Positions 49,116 through 58,869 of a stretch of DNA of 64,000 nt are shown here, in pieces. The DNA is from Clostridia bacterium. GTDB taxonomy: Bacteria > Bacillota > Clostridia > UBA1212 > UBA1255. Within the stretch, counting starts at the first letter, position 1, and every line of letters begins with the position of its first letter. Location of the stretch: assembly GCA_045546695.1 (NCBI GenBank), contig JAZQDE010000052.1:797-64796 (forward strand). Reading direction: 5' to 3'. The notes beneath the pieces are model-generated. The model was given only the letters and a program-made list of their open reading frames with translations, was not told where the DNA came from and searched no databases. The position numbers and the translations under genes were made by a program.

Positions 49116-50288
49116 TTACATCATATCATTTTTTGCAAAATCCTTATTGCGGTGAAAAGTCTCTCTTATCTCCTCTACCGTTCCGGTTGTCATCATGTAG
49201 CTGTACTCAAGCGGCTTGAACGAAACAAGCTCAATCTGTTTGAGCGGTGCTACGTAATTGCATGCAGCATTGTATGGGTCTTTTGACTTATTGTATTCAT
49301 GCTTGCCGGCAAGCAAAATTTCAATTCCCGGTACGTACAGGCCTATGCCATAATCATCGCTGTCGTTTGTCCAGCAGCACCACGTCTCGGTGTTAGTCGG
49401 CTTTACTATAAAATAACAAAATCTGTTATATTGCGGGTCGCCCCAGAATTTAAGATCGGGACGCGCTGTAAGCGTATCACCTGTCCACGGCTTTTCACCG
49501 TCATAATGCCTGAAATTGTCAAGGTAGCTGACAGTATAAAAAGCAGGAAGTTCCTGATGCGCAGGGCGATGCTTCCAGCCTGAGAAGTCAACAAAACGAT
49601 TCTCAACCAGTATATAATCCGGCATAAGAATGTAAGAATTTTCCATATAGCTCGGTGTAATTGCGCCGTCAAGAGACCAGTCCTGCGGCTGAGACTTTAC
49701 GTATACGCCATTTTCTTTTTCAACAATATCAATAATCCTGCTGTGGTTTGCACACTTGTCGCCACCTTGCACAGGATTGTACGACCAGCGCTGGTTGTTG
49801 AAATGCCCCGGCTCATATTCGTCGTTTCCACCCGTACCATAATATGACTGCTGAATCAGGCGGCCCTCGTCTGCCTGATTTACGAGATTCTGCATGCCTT
49901 CTACAGGATTTTTACTGTCAGAAATATAGCAGATACCACCGCCCCACACAAGGCGTATACCGACCTTGAAGCGATCATTTTCAATATAATACGTATCGCG
50001 ACTGAAAATGCGATATTTTTCGCAGGAGAAGTCATGTAATTCAAACTCGCCTTCTTCGCCTGTTATGCTTTCAAAACTAAGTGAAACTGCAGCTTCTGCA
50101 TACTTTTCATCGAGATATTCCGGAATCAGGCAATTAAACGTGTTCTCTCCTGCCTCAAGGAAAAAACTGTCAGTTTTTTCTTCGCCATCCAGAATGTAAT
50201 TAAGCCTGCCGCGCAGTGGTTTAGTCGAAAAATAGTTTAGCGAATATCTGTTGAATGGTCCTTGGAACTGTTTTTCAATAAATACCAT
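49116..50288 (-). CDS. Hypothetical protein (aromatic-rich, beta-sandwich-like; possibly carbohydrate-related)
   Basis: 390-aa ORF with RBS GGAGG, 11 nt after the isomerase stop; GRLIQQSYYG, WSYNPVQGGD and HQELPAFY; no signal peptide. Confidence 0.65.
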   Translation of the reverse strand: MVFIEKQFQGPFNRYSLNYFSTKPLRGRLNYILDGEEKTDSFFLEAGENTFNCLIPEYLDEKYAEAAVSLSFESITGEEGEFELHDFSCEKYRIFSRDTYYIENDRFKVGIRLVWGGGICYISDSKNPVEGMQNLVNQADEGRLIQQSYYGTGGNDEYEPGHFNNQRWSYNPVQGGDKCANHSRIIDIVEKENGVYVKSQPQDWSLDGAITPSYMENSYILMPDYILVENRFVDFSGWKHRPAHQELPAFYTVSYLDNFRHYDGEKPWTGDTLTARPDLKFWGDPQYNRFCYFIVKPTNTETWCCWTNDSDDYGIGLYVPGIEILLAGKHEYNKSKDPYNAACNYVAPLKQIELVSFKPLEYSYMMTTGTVEEIRETFHRNKDFAKNDMM

Positions 50289-50299
50289 AAAATACCTCC

Positions 50300-51091
50300 T
50301 TATTCACAATCAACCATATCACGAAGACGATTTGCAGCTGTGGCGGCTCTTTCGTAATATTCACTGGCAGTTATTTCATTATATATGTCGGCATGCGATG
50401 AGAAAATCTCAAGCGTCAACGTGCCGGTGTAGCCTGATTTTCTTATATGCTCTGCAACTTTTTGGTAATCAATAGTGCCATCAAATGGAATCATATGGTC
50501 GTCAGAATTGAAGATACCTCTGTTGTCGTGAATGTGGTTGCAAATCATGCGGTTTCCAAAAAGTGGCATATACTCACGTCCCGGCGTAAAGCAATTTTCA
50601 TGTCCGCAATCCCAGCAAAAGCCAACAATATTGTCGTCTGTATACCTTTCCATTGCCCAGGCAAGGTTGTCCAGACGGCGCTGATTTTCAAAAGCAATCT
50701 TTATGCCTTCTGATGCGGCATGTTCGACAAGGCGGTCAAAACGGCCCCTGCCAATATCTGTAATTGTAGGCGGATTCATGCCGGATGATAAATGAACGAC
50801 ACAAATACCGGCGCCAATGATATGACATCTGTCAACGGCCCTTTTCAGGTGCGAGAGCATCTCATCGCCTTCAATACAGTCAAGCCAGATTTTGTTAATC
50901 CCCCTGAATGGTGCATGAAGCATTTCTGATATCATGTTATATTTTTCCTGCGCCTTGGCAAGCTCTTTAAGCTCGTCGTCGGCACGACTTGCTTCAAACA
51001 CGACGTCAAAACCAAGGCGTGACATTATTTCAAGTTGTTCATTATATGTAATTCCCGGGTATGCGCCCGCGCTGATACCGATTTTTCTCAT
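50300..51091 (-). CDS. Sugar-phosphate isomerase/epimerase (AP-endonuclease-2 TIM barrel)
   Basis: LHAPF, VVH, IAFEN, FCWDCGHE, HIHDN..DDHMIPFDGTID and LTLEI. Confidence 0.85.
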   Translation of the reverse strand: MRKIGISAGAYPGITYNEQLEIMSRLGFDVVFEASRADDELKELAKAQEKYNMISEMLHAPFRGINKIWLDCIEGDEMLSHLKRAVDRCHIIGAGICVVHLSSGMNPPTITDIGRGRFDRLVEHAASEGIKIAFENQRRLDNLAWAMERYTDDNIVGFCWDCGHENCFTPGREYMPLFGNRMICNHIHDNRGIFNSDDHMIPFDGTIDYQKVAEHIRKSGYTGTLTLEIFSSHADIYNEITASEYYERAATAANRLRDMVDCE

Positions 51092-51129
51092 TATCTGCCT
51101 TTTAACTCCTGTAAAATCATAGTTTTTTC

Positions 51130-51158
51130 ATTTTAGCTTGCTGAAAACGTTTTGTCAA
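51130..51158 (-). promoter_or_regulatory. Sigma-A promoter of the 51091-49116 operon
   Basis: TTGACA-17 bp-TAAAAT. Confidence 0.8.
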
Positions 51159-51173
51159 TTTGGCTGAACACGA

Positions 51174-51205
51174 AAAAAATGCTGCGCACGTGTCGAATGC
51201 GCAGC
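51174..51205 (-). terminator. Intrinsic terminator downstream of ilvN
   Basis: GCTGCGCA-ttcgacacg-TGCGCAGC followed by ATTTTTTT on the minus strand. Confidence 0.85.
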
Positions 51206-51296
51206 TTACATTGAGGGAGAGAGCAAATACAGCTATTGCTGTGCTCTTATGCTAAAATACAACACAAATTTGTCTTTTTTATGTCATAATGATTAT

Positions 51297-51788
51297 CTAT
51301 GAGTGAATAGAATCAATTCCGCGGCTTAAAGACACTTTTCCGGTCCTTGCAACCTCGATAATTCCGAATTTTTCTATCATGCTGAGGAGTGCATTCGTCT
51401 TGTCGTACTGGCCTGTAAGTTCAATCGTCATAGAATCAGGACACAGATCAATAATTCTTGCGCGGAAAACTTCAGCTATCTGGATAATCTCGCTGCGGCA
51501 CGCCGAATCAGCTCTTACCTTAATGAGTACCAGCTCTCTTGTAACAATCGCATCGTCATCGAGCACCTTTACTTTAATAACACCAATGAGCTTTACAAGC
51601 TGGTGAATAATCTGGTCAAGGATTCTCTCATCAGTATCTACAATAACAGTAATACGTGATATCTCCGCATCCTCAGTAATACCCACTGCGAGACTCTCGA
51701 TATTGTATCCCCTGCGGCTGAAAAGATTAGTAACTCTGACGAGCATACCTGCTTTATTTTCAACAAGAACCGATATTGTCTTTATCAT
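51297..51788 (-). CDS. ilvN: Acetolactate synthase small subunit
   Basis: ISVLVENKAG...LFSRRGYNIESLAVG, RELVLIKV and EVARTG. Confidence 0.95.
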   Translation of the reverse strand: MIKTISVLVENKAGMLVRVTNLFSRRGYNIESLAVGITEDAEISRITVIVDTDERILDQIIHQLVKLIGVIKVKVLDDDAIVTRELVLIKVRADSACRSEIIQIAEVFRARIIDLCPDSMTIELTGQYDKTNALLSMIEKFGIIEVARTGKVSLSRGIDSIHS

Positions 51789-53416
51789 TTTACGTTCCCC
51801 TCCTGAATATCTATGCGCAAATCTATAAACGTTGCTTTCATTGTTTTTGTGTAATAACCGACCGCCTCTTCAAACGAATCAGGGTCTGATACTTTAAAAG
51901 CCTGCAGTCCAAAACTCTTTGCCAATGCACAGTACAAAGGTTTTTTCTTCAGAACTGTCTGTGAAAAGCGTCTGTGGCACTTTTCTGCCTGCAAATCGTG
52001 AACCATGCCTAATTTACCATTATTTACCATAATAACCAAAACGGGCAAATTATAAGCTTTAATTGTCGCAAGCTCGTGACAGCTCATACCAAAGCCGCCA
52101 TCACCTACTATCAGCACGACGGGTTTATCCTTTGCATATACGCTCGTACCTATCGCAGCGCCCATACCAAAGCCCATAGTACCAAGGCCACCACTTGTAA
52201 TAAAACTTCCACATTTTACAAACGGATAATTGCGTGCCACCCACATCTGATGGTTGCCTACGTCTGCAACAATGTACGCCTCACTTCCCATTTTTTCACC
52301 AAGAATCTTAAGAAGCTTGTCTTTATTGCCTGCCGACGTCACCGGTGAAAAGCGTTCAGGAGTCAATGATTTTTTGTCTTCTAAGTGGCTGATGAGTTCC
52401 GGAAGAATATCTGCCGCATCACCTACAAGGAAGCAATCCGATGAAATCACTTTGTTGATTTCTGCCCTGTCGCTGTCAATATGAATAACTTTCTTAAGAC
52501 CTGATTGCAGAACCTCACGTTCTGATCTGGACACTGTTGTTTTATTGCTGAATCTCGTACCAATCGCTATTATAAGGTCGGCATCATTAAAAGCTTTATT
52601 TGCCTCACGGCTTCCAAAGGTGCCACAAAAACCCATATATCCGGGATAATCCCATGCAATGGAATCTACTGCCATCAGCGATGAACAAATATTGCAATCC
52701 AGAAGAGAAGCAAGTCTCTTTATATTATCAATAACAAGAGGATCTTTATTATTCTTGACACCACCACCGATAAGAATCACCGGTTTTGCGCTTTGAGAAA
52801 TCATTTGAGCAGCATTGTCAATTACATCTTCCTGTATGTCAGTTTGCGATACAGTGCATTTCATAAGCTTGTCGGCTCTCAATTTCTCTATGCGTCTTAT
52901 ATAGCTTGTAGCGGTAAAAGATTCCAGTACGTCTTTTGGTATATCGACAAGAACCGGTCCTTTGCGACCACTGTTTGCTATTACGAAAGCGTTGCGGACA
53001 GCCTCTCCGATTTCTTCGATACTGTGTACGACACAGTTATACTTCGTAACCGACATCGTAATGCCCACTATATCAACTTCCTGAAAACTGTCTGTACCAA
53101 TCAGGTGCTGATCAACGTTTCCCGTTATAACAACCATCGGAACAGAATCCATATAGGCATTTGCTATACCTGTCACAAGATTGGTCGCACCGGGGCCGGA
53201 CGTTGCAATCACAACTCCTGTCTTGCCTGAGACCCTTGCATACGCGTCTGCAGCATGCGCAGCAGCCTGCTCGTGAGCCGTTCTGATATGAGTTATACTA
53301 CGTCTTTTCTGATACAATTCGTCATAAACAGACAAAACAGTAGCGCCCGGATAACCGAACACTACGTCAACGTTATTTTCACATAAAATGTCAACTAAAT
53401 ATCTTGCCCCATTCAT
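51785..53416 (-). CDS. ilvB: Acetolactate synthase large subunit
   Basis: FGYPGA, HEQAAAH, TSGPGATN, GPVLVDIPKD, ADVGNHQMW and the ThDP motif GDGGF..NN. Confidence 0.93.
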   Translation of the reverse strand: MNGARYLVDILCENNVDVVFGYPGATVLSVYDELYQKRRSITHIRTAHEQAAAHAADAYARVSGKTGVVIATSGPGATNLVTGIANAYMDSVPMVVITGNVDQHLIGTDSFQEVDIVGITMSVTKYNCVVHSIEEIGEAVRNAFVIANSGRKGPVLVDIPKDVLESFTATSYIRRIEKLRADKLMKCTVSQTDIQEDVIDNAAQMISQSAKPVILIGGGVKNNKDPLVIDNIKRLASLLDCNICSSLMAVDSIAWDYPGYMGFCGTFGSREANKAFNDADLIIAIGTRFSNKTTVSRSEREVLQSGLKKVIHIDSDRAEINKVISSDCFLVGDAADILPELISHLEDKKSLTPERFSPVTSAGNKDKLLKILGEKMGSEAYIVADVGNHQMWVARNYPFVKCGSFITSGGLGTMGFGMGAAIGTSVYAKDKPVVLIVGDGGFGMSCHELATIKAYNLPVLVIMVNNGKLGMVHDLQAEKCHRRFSQTVLKKKPLYCALAKSFGLQAFKVSDPDSFEEAVGYYTKTMKATFIDLRIDIQEGNVK

Positions 53417-55994
53417 AAACGTCTGTTTTCCTTAAAATTGTTTCCTTAGCTGTATCAATATTCTGAGCGCCCACAACGTGAAGCTGTACCTGGCTTGAAT
53501 CATCAAGTTTGAGCTTGAGTTCATTTGTATTGAAAGTCATCGTATATCTGTCTACGTATACGAGTGAATATCTCTTGTTGTTGATAACAATAAACGTGTC
53601 AGACGTAAAGCCGTCACCTTTTATTGTATACACGCCGTCCTGAACGGTACTCGGAGATATACTCTCAATGTAGAAAGGAAGAATACCAATCTCATAATCA
53701 GGATTGTTTACAAGATTGCCTCTTTTGTGCTCGTCGTACATCTTGTAGTACTGCAGATTCTTGAATTTATTCTCATATTCCTTGTACTTTGCGTCATACT
53801 CAGCCTTAAGAGTCTTGTATTCTTCTGTATCCTTAAGTCCGTCTGCTTCCATCCGGTCTAAAGAGGCCTTCCATTCCTTAAGAAATGCGTAATTCTGCTG
53901 GAGTTTGTTTGTTGTAATACCATCCATCTGGAGTAAATCGAACATGTATGTAGAAAGTTCATACAACTGAAGGTGCTTGTCTTCCTGCTTTTCAAGTCCG
54001 AGATTGTCCCATGTGAAAAACTGTGTTATATAGCTCTCTTCGCCGTGAATATCCGCATAGAGTGTCGGCATATGGTCTGAGTAGAAAAGTACGAAAGACT
54101 TTTCATCTTCTCTTGATTCAAGATAGCTGATAATGTCAGAAATGACCTTGTCAACTTCCTGCGCCTGGCTTACATAATATGCCACAGAACCTACGACATC
54201 CTCGCCTGTAGCACCGGGGAAAGTGTCATATATTTCCATGGTATATTCTTCCTTTTCAATCGGGAAATAATTACCATGAAGCTGTACTGTAACAGTGAAA
54301 ACAAAGTTCTTGTCATTTTCTTCCTTATCGAGAATTATCTTAAGCTGGTCAAGCAAAGCAGAGTCATTTGCCCAGATTGTGCCCGGCTTTTTCTGGATAC
54401 CTGACATGAGCTCCATCGGAATGTATCTGTCAAACGCAAGATTCTTATATACTCTGTCACGGTTGAAAAACTCTCCTCTGTAATTGTGCATAGCAGTGGC
54501 ATTATACCCATATTCTTTGAATAATCTTACAATGCTGTCTGTCGAAGTGTTCAGAATCTGTTTCGGATATGGATTATATCCCACCGGCAGATAATCCATA
54601 TTCATACCTGTTATAAATTCAAATTCACTTTTTACAGTACTGCCGCCAAAAACAGGAACCTCTACCGTACCTGAAGTATAATTTTCACAAAGATAATGAA
54701 TAAACGGAATCGGGTCTGTTTCGTATGCATCCGCGCCCATTGATGAAAACAGATATGGGTCAACGAATGATTCTACCTGGATTGCAATAACATTGTCCAC
54801 TTCATCAAAGACAGATGTATCAATGCCGAGCCTGTCAAGAGCGTCAATATATTCATCGTCGATTTCCTTTATAAACTTGTCGAAATCTATTGATTCATAT
54901 CCATCAGGCATATCTACATTTGATGAAAAAGCATACGAAATAAAGCTGTATATAAAGCCTTTGTTATTATATGTTTCTGTAAGTTCTTTATCATCGAGAC
55001 TAAACGCATCCAGTGTTGTTACAGCACCAAGGCCAAATACACACGTGATACAAATAAACAACGTTGCCATTATTCTTGACAGTGAAAACTTTACCGGCTT
55101 TTCAAACCTTGACATCACTATAATCAACAGTATGCCGACAACGAATGCTGAGATAACGCCTATAATCTCAGGCAGAGAATAGTATGCAAACATGGCAACA
55201 ATGGCGTCAGACGCCTGGTAAACGTCAAGCAACACGACAGGCTGCCAGAGGCTTGTGTATTTTACGTATGACACGAACGACAAAGCAATCCATAACAATG
55301 AGTAAATAACCGCCATTGATTTCGGTCTGCGGAAAAAGAAAACGAATAATCCTATGCAAACCACGTATGTAAGATTCAACGCCAGTATATCAGGGTTCAT
55401 AAAGAACAATGAAAACGGCTTTGTTATACTTCTTGTCTGGAACATCTGAACGATGAAAACTGTGACAAGCATAACACCTAAAACAAACGTAATATTTTTA
55501 TATAATTTTTCATGTTTGCAAGGGGCTGTTCTGTTTCCGAAATAATACATCGCAACTGCCACTGCTATGGACAAGGTAAGAATTGCCAGACCGATAATCA
55601 GTCTGCCGCACGTTATAGACATCCACGTAAACCATAAGCCAAGCAATATAGATGAATACATTTTGCTTCGTTTTGTATGAAGCACAGGCACGGTGAAAAC
55701 AAACATCATCACCATGCGCAAAAGAACGAGCGTAAAGTTCTGTGGGAACTGCTTCATTTCCCACGAATTGCTCGTTTCTGTCATAACAACAGATAAAAAA
55801 GCTAACAAAAGGTATATGGCGACCCATTTTACGAATGCTTTTGCGTCGCCATTTTTAATTTCTTTAAGATCATTCTGAAAATCATTGACAAGATTCATCC
55901 ACTTGGTTTTCAGAGGAACCTTTACCTTCTGAGCTTTTTTCTGTGCTCTTTTTGCTTTTTTATCAGCAAAGAAATTACTTAATCTTTTCGACAT
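53391..55994 (-). CDS. LTA synthase family (sulfatase-like) membrane protein with C-terminal IPT-like domain
   Basis: Many N-terminal TM helices; IQVESF, FGGSTVKSEFE, MHNY, TVQLHG and YSDH motifs. The start (55994 versus 56021) is uncertain. Confidence 0.85.
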   Translation of the reverse strand: MSKRLSNFFADKKAKRAQKKAQKVKVPLKTKWMNLVNDFQNDLKEIKNGDAKAFVKWVAIYLLLAFLSVVMTETSNSWEMKQFPQNFTLVLLRMVMMFVFTVPVLHTKRSKMYSSILLGLWFTWMSITCGRLIIGLAILTLSIAVAVAMYYFGNRTAPCKHEKLYKNITFVLGVMLVTVFIVQMFQTRSITKPFSLFFMNPDILALNLTYVVCIGLFVFFFRRPKSMAVIYSLLWIALSFVSYVKYTSLWQPVVLLDVYQASDAIVAMFAYYSLPEIIGVISAFVVGILLIIVMSRFEKPVKFSLSRIMATLFICITCVFGLGAVTTLDAFSLDDKELTETYNNKGFIYSFISYAFSSNVDMPDGYESIDFDKFIKEIDDEYIDALDRLGIDTSVFDEVDNVIAIQVESFVDPYLFSSMGADAYETDPIPFIHYLCENYTSGTVEVPVFGGSTVKSEFEFITGMNMDYLPVGYNPYPKQILNTSTDSIVRLFKEYGYNATAMHNYRGEFFNRDRVYKNLAFDRYIPMELMSGIQKKPGTIWANDSALLDQLKIILDKEENDKNFVFTVTVQLHGNYFPIEKEEYTMEIYDTFPGATGEDVVGSVAYYVSQAQEVDKVISDIISYLESREDEKSFVLFYSDHMPTLYADIHGEESYITQFFTWDNLGLEKQEDKHLQLYELSTYMFDLLQMDGITTNKLQQNYAFLKEWKASLDRMEADGLKDTEEYKTLKAEYDAKYKEYENKFKNLQYYKMYDEHKRGNLVNNPDYEIGILPFYIESISPSTVQDGVYTIKGDGFTSDTFIVINNKRYSLVYVDRYTMTFNTNELKLKLDDSSQVQLHVVGAQNIDTAKETILRKTDVYEWGKIFS

Positions 55995-56577
55995 CGGAGA
56001 AGTCTCCACCCTTTGTGTCAATCGTTATTGTCTTGATAACAACATCTTCGTACGGCTTGTCATTGCTGTTCGTATCAACTTCGTTGATAGCCATAACTAC
56101 GTCAAGGCCTTCGATTACCTTGCCAAATGATGCATATTGACCATTAAGCCAATAAGGATCTCCTGTACAGATGAAAAACTGTGAACCTGCGCTGTTGGGT
56201 GAAGAAGAACGTGCCATTGAAATAACACCCTGTGTGTGTTTCAGGTTGTTCTCAAAACCATTTTGTGAAAATTCACCTTCAATGGAGTATCCCGGGCCGC
56301 CCATGCCTGTGCCCTGCGGACAACCACCCTGAATCATAAAGTCTTCTATAACGCGGTGGAAAATAAGTCCGTCATAATATCCATCCTGTGCAAGAGTTAC
56401 AAAGTTTGCAACTGTATTGGGAGCCACGTCATCATAAAGCTCTACTACGATTGTGCCAAAACCTTCTACTTCAATTGTTGCAATAGGATGATAAATCTCC
56501 TTTTCGCATCCTGTACTCATAAAAATCAACACTCCAATCAAACAAAATACTAAAATACTTAATAATTTCTTTTTCAT
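55975..56577 (-). CDS. Cyclophilin-type peptidyl-prolyl isomerase, lipoprotein
   Basis: Lipobox STGC; APNTVANF, FHRVIEDFMIQGG, SMAR and AGSQFFI. Confidence 0.93.
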   Translation of the reverse strand: MKKKLLSILVFCLIGVLIFMSTGCEKEIYHPIATIEVEGFGTIVVELYDDVAPNTVANFVTLAQDGYYDGLIFHRVIEDFMIQGGCPQGTGMGGPGYSIEGEFSQNGFENNLKHTQGVISMARSSSPNSAGSQFFICTGDPYWLNGQYASFGKVIEGLDVVMAINEVDTNSNDKPYEDVVIKTITIDTKGGDFSDVEKIK

Positions 56578-56586
56578 AAATACTCC

Positions 56587-58869
56587 TTAGTTGTAGTAGT
56601 TAATCAGACATCCTGCCGTGAGTATATCTGACTCATCTTTGGAAATATCTGCCAATGTCAGTACGCACTCATCTACAGTGCCGTCAATACGGTAAATTGT
56701 CGCATCAACAGTTCTGTCCAGATTTGCAACTGTATCTTTAATATCTTTTATAAATATTCTGTCGCCGTTTTTAAGTTTCAGATCAGCAATGCTATCAACT
56801 GTAAACGGCAGGCATCCCCAGTTGATAAGGTTGCTGCGATATCTTTTTGTGCCGTATGCAACTGCAATATTTGCAAGACCGCCCAGTACCTTCTGGCATG
56901 ATGCAGCCTGTTCTCTTGCAGAGCCGTCACCGGGAGATGTTGCAACTACTACGCTACCTATCTGTGTTGTGTACGCTAGCTTCACAACGTCATCAATACC
57001 TGCAAAAGCTTTTTTGAGTGCCTCACCTTCTTTTTCACCTCTTACGTATGCAAGTCTCTCGTCTTCAGCTTTTTTGATAGCCTTTGCTCTGCCTACGTAT
57101 TCAGGATCTTTGCGTGACAATGTAAATTCAGCAAGTTTAAGAGGATTTGATCTGTAAGATGAAGTCTCGCCACTCGGTATAAGCTCGTCTGTAGTTGTTA
57201 CAGGGTCGTTTATAACGCATGCAACTTCAAGAAGAATATTCTGATGAAGTCTTTGCTGTGCCGGCCAGTCAGCGATGTTCGGTCCATACTGAAGCGGAGC
57301 GTCTTTTTCAGGCTTTGAGTAACCGTTATACACACGTCTGTCGTAAACTTCTTTATCAAATTTATATTCGTATTCTTTTTCTTCGATGCCATTTTCAGCG
57401 GCAAAGTCGCTTGCGGACGTAAGAATACCCTGATTTGCAGCTGTTGCTGCGATAGAACGTGCATCCATAAGTGCAACCCATGATATCTGACCGTCAGCAG
57501 GACGAGAGCCTTCTCTGTTTTCAAAGTTTCTCGTAGTATGTCTGATACTAAAGCCATTGTTGGACGGTACGTCGCCTGCTCCGAAGCAAGGTCCGCAGAA
57601 GGCAGATCTTACGATTGCGCCACAACGCAGGAATTCTTCAATCATGCCATTTTTAACAAGCTGCATAAATACAGGCTGGCTTGACGGATACAGGCTGAGG
57701 TTGAATGCGCCGTTGCCTGTTGATTTTCCATTTATATACTCGTATGCTCTGCAGATATTTTCAAAAGTACCGCCTGAGCAACCTGCGATAACTCCCTGGT
57801 CAACGTGCATTTTACCGTCAAAGAATTTATCCTTGAGCGTATATGCGGCAATCTTTTTACCATATATATCAATTGCTCTTTTTTGTGTAATATCGAGAAT
57901 CTCGTCAGCATTCTGAATAAATTCGCTTACTTTATATGCGTGTCTCGGGTGAAAAGGCATAGCAATCATTGATTCAATCTTGCTGAGGTCAACAACGAGA
58001 GCACTGTCATAATATGCCACGCTGTCAGGATTGAGCTCCTGATACTCGTCGCCTCTTTGGTGAATGTCGAAATATTCGCGAACTTTGTCGTCTGTTCTCC
58101 AGATTGAGCTGAGGCAACGTGTCTCTGTTGTCATTACGTCGATACCGTTTCTGAAATCAACAGATAAATCGTCAATGCCGGGGCCCTGGAATTCCATAAC
58201 TTTGTTGTATACAAAGTCACAGTCATAAACTTCTTTGATAATAGCAAGAGCTACGTCCTGAGGACCTACGCCGGGACGTACTTTACCTTTAAGATAAATA
58301 CATACAATCTCAGGCTTTTTAATCTCGTAAGGCTTTTTAAGAAGCTGCTTTGCAAGCTCCGGTCCGCCCTCGCCTACAGCCATAGTACCGAGTGCACCAT
58401 AACGAGTGTGGCTGTCTGAGCCGATAATCATTTTACCGGGAGCTGCCATCATTTCACGCATGTACTGGTGAATAACAGCCTGGTGAGGTGGAACGTAAAT
58501 TCCGCCGTATTTTTTAGCAGCTGACAAGCCGAAAACGTGGTCGTCTTCATTGATTGTGCCACCTACAGCACAAAGTGAGTTGTGACAGTTTGTCAGAACG
58601 TAAGGCACCGGGAACTGTGTAAGTCCGCTGGCTCTTGCAGTCTGGATTATGCCAACATATGTAATATCATGAGATGCCATAGCATCAAAGGTTATGTGAA
58701 AACGCGGTGCTTCGTATGAATCTTCTTCTGCATGCGCACATATAATCTTAGAAGCAATTGTACCTTTTGCTGCTTCTTTTTTATCTATCCCTGCAACTTT
58801 TGCATCGCTCATGTCTGTGATAAGCTCTCCGTTTACCAGAAACACTCCGCTGTTGATCTTATCAATCAT
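56587..58869 (-). CDS. Aconitase-family hydratase (YbhJ-like)
   Basis: SHDITY, TNCHNSLC, GSDSHTRYG, AGCSGG, CGPCFG, HTTRNF, TTDELIP and GDGSAREQAAS. Confidence 0.9.
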   Translation of the reverse strand: MIDKINSGVFLVNGELITDMSDAKVAGIDKKEAAKGTIASKIICAHAEEDSYEAPRFHITFDAMASHDITYVGIIQTARASGLTQFPVPYVLTNCHNSLCAVGGTINEDDHVFGLSAAKKYGGIYVPPHQAVIHQYMREMMAAPGKMIIGSDSHTRYGALGTMAVGEGGPELAKQLLKKPYEIKKPEIVCIYLKGKVRPGVGPQDVALAIIKEVYDCDFVYNKVMEFQGPGIDDLSVDFRNGIDVMTTETRCLSSIWRTDDKVREYFDIHQRGDEYQELNPDSVAYYDSALVVDLSKIESMIAMPFHPRHAYKVSEFIQNADEILDITQKRAIDIYGKKIAAYTLKDKFFDGKMHVDQGVIAGCSGGTFENICRAYEYINGKSTGNGAFNLSLYPSSQPVFMQLVKNGMIEEFLRCGAIVRSAFCGPCFGAGDVPSNNGFSIRHTTRNFENREGSRPADGQISWVALMDARSIAATAANQGILTSASDFAAENGIEEKEYEYKFDKEVYDRRVYNGYSKPEKDAPLQYGPNIADWPAQQRLHQNILLEVACVINDPVTTTDELIPSGETSSYRSNPLKLAEFTLSRKDPEYVGRAKAIKKAEDERLAYVRGEKEGEALKKAFAGIDDVVKLAYTTQIGSVVVATSPGDGSAREQAASCQKVLGGLANIAVAYGTKRYRSNLINWGCLPFTVDSIADLKLKNGDRIFIKDIKDTVANLDRTVDATIYRIDGTVDECVLTLADISKDESDILTAGCLINYYN

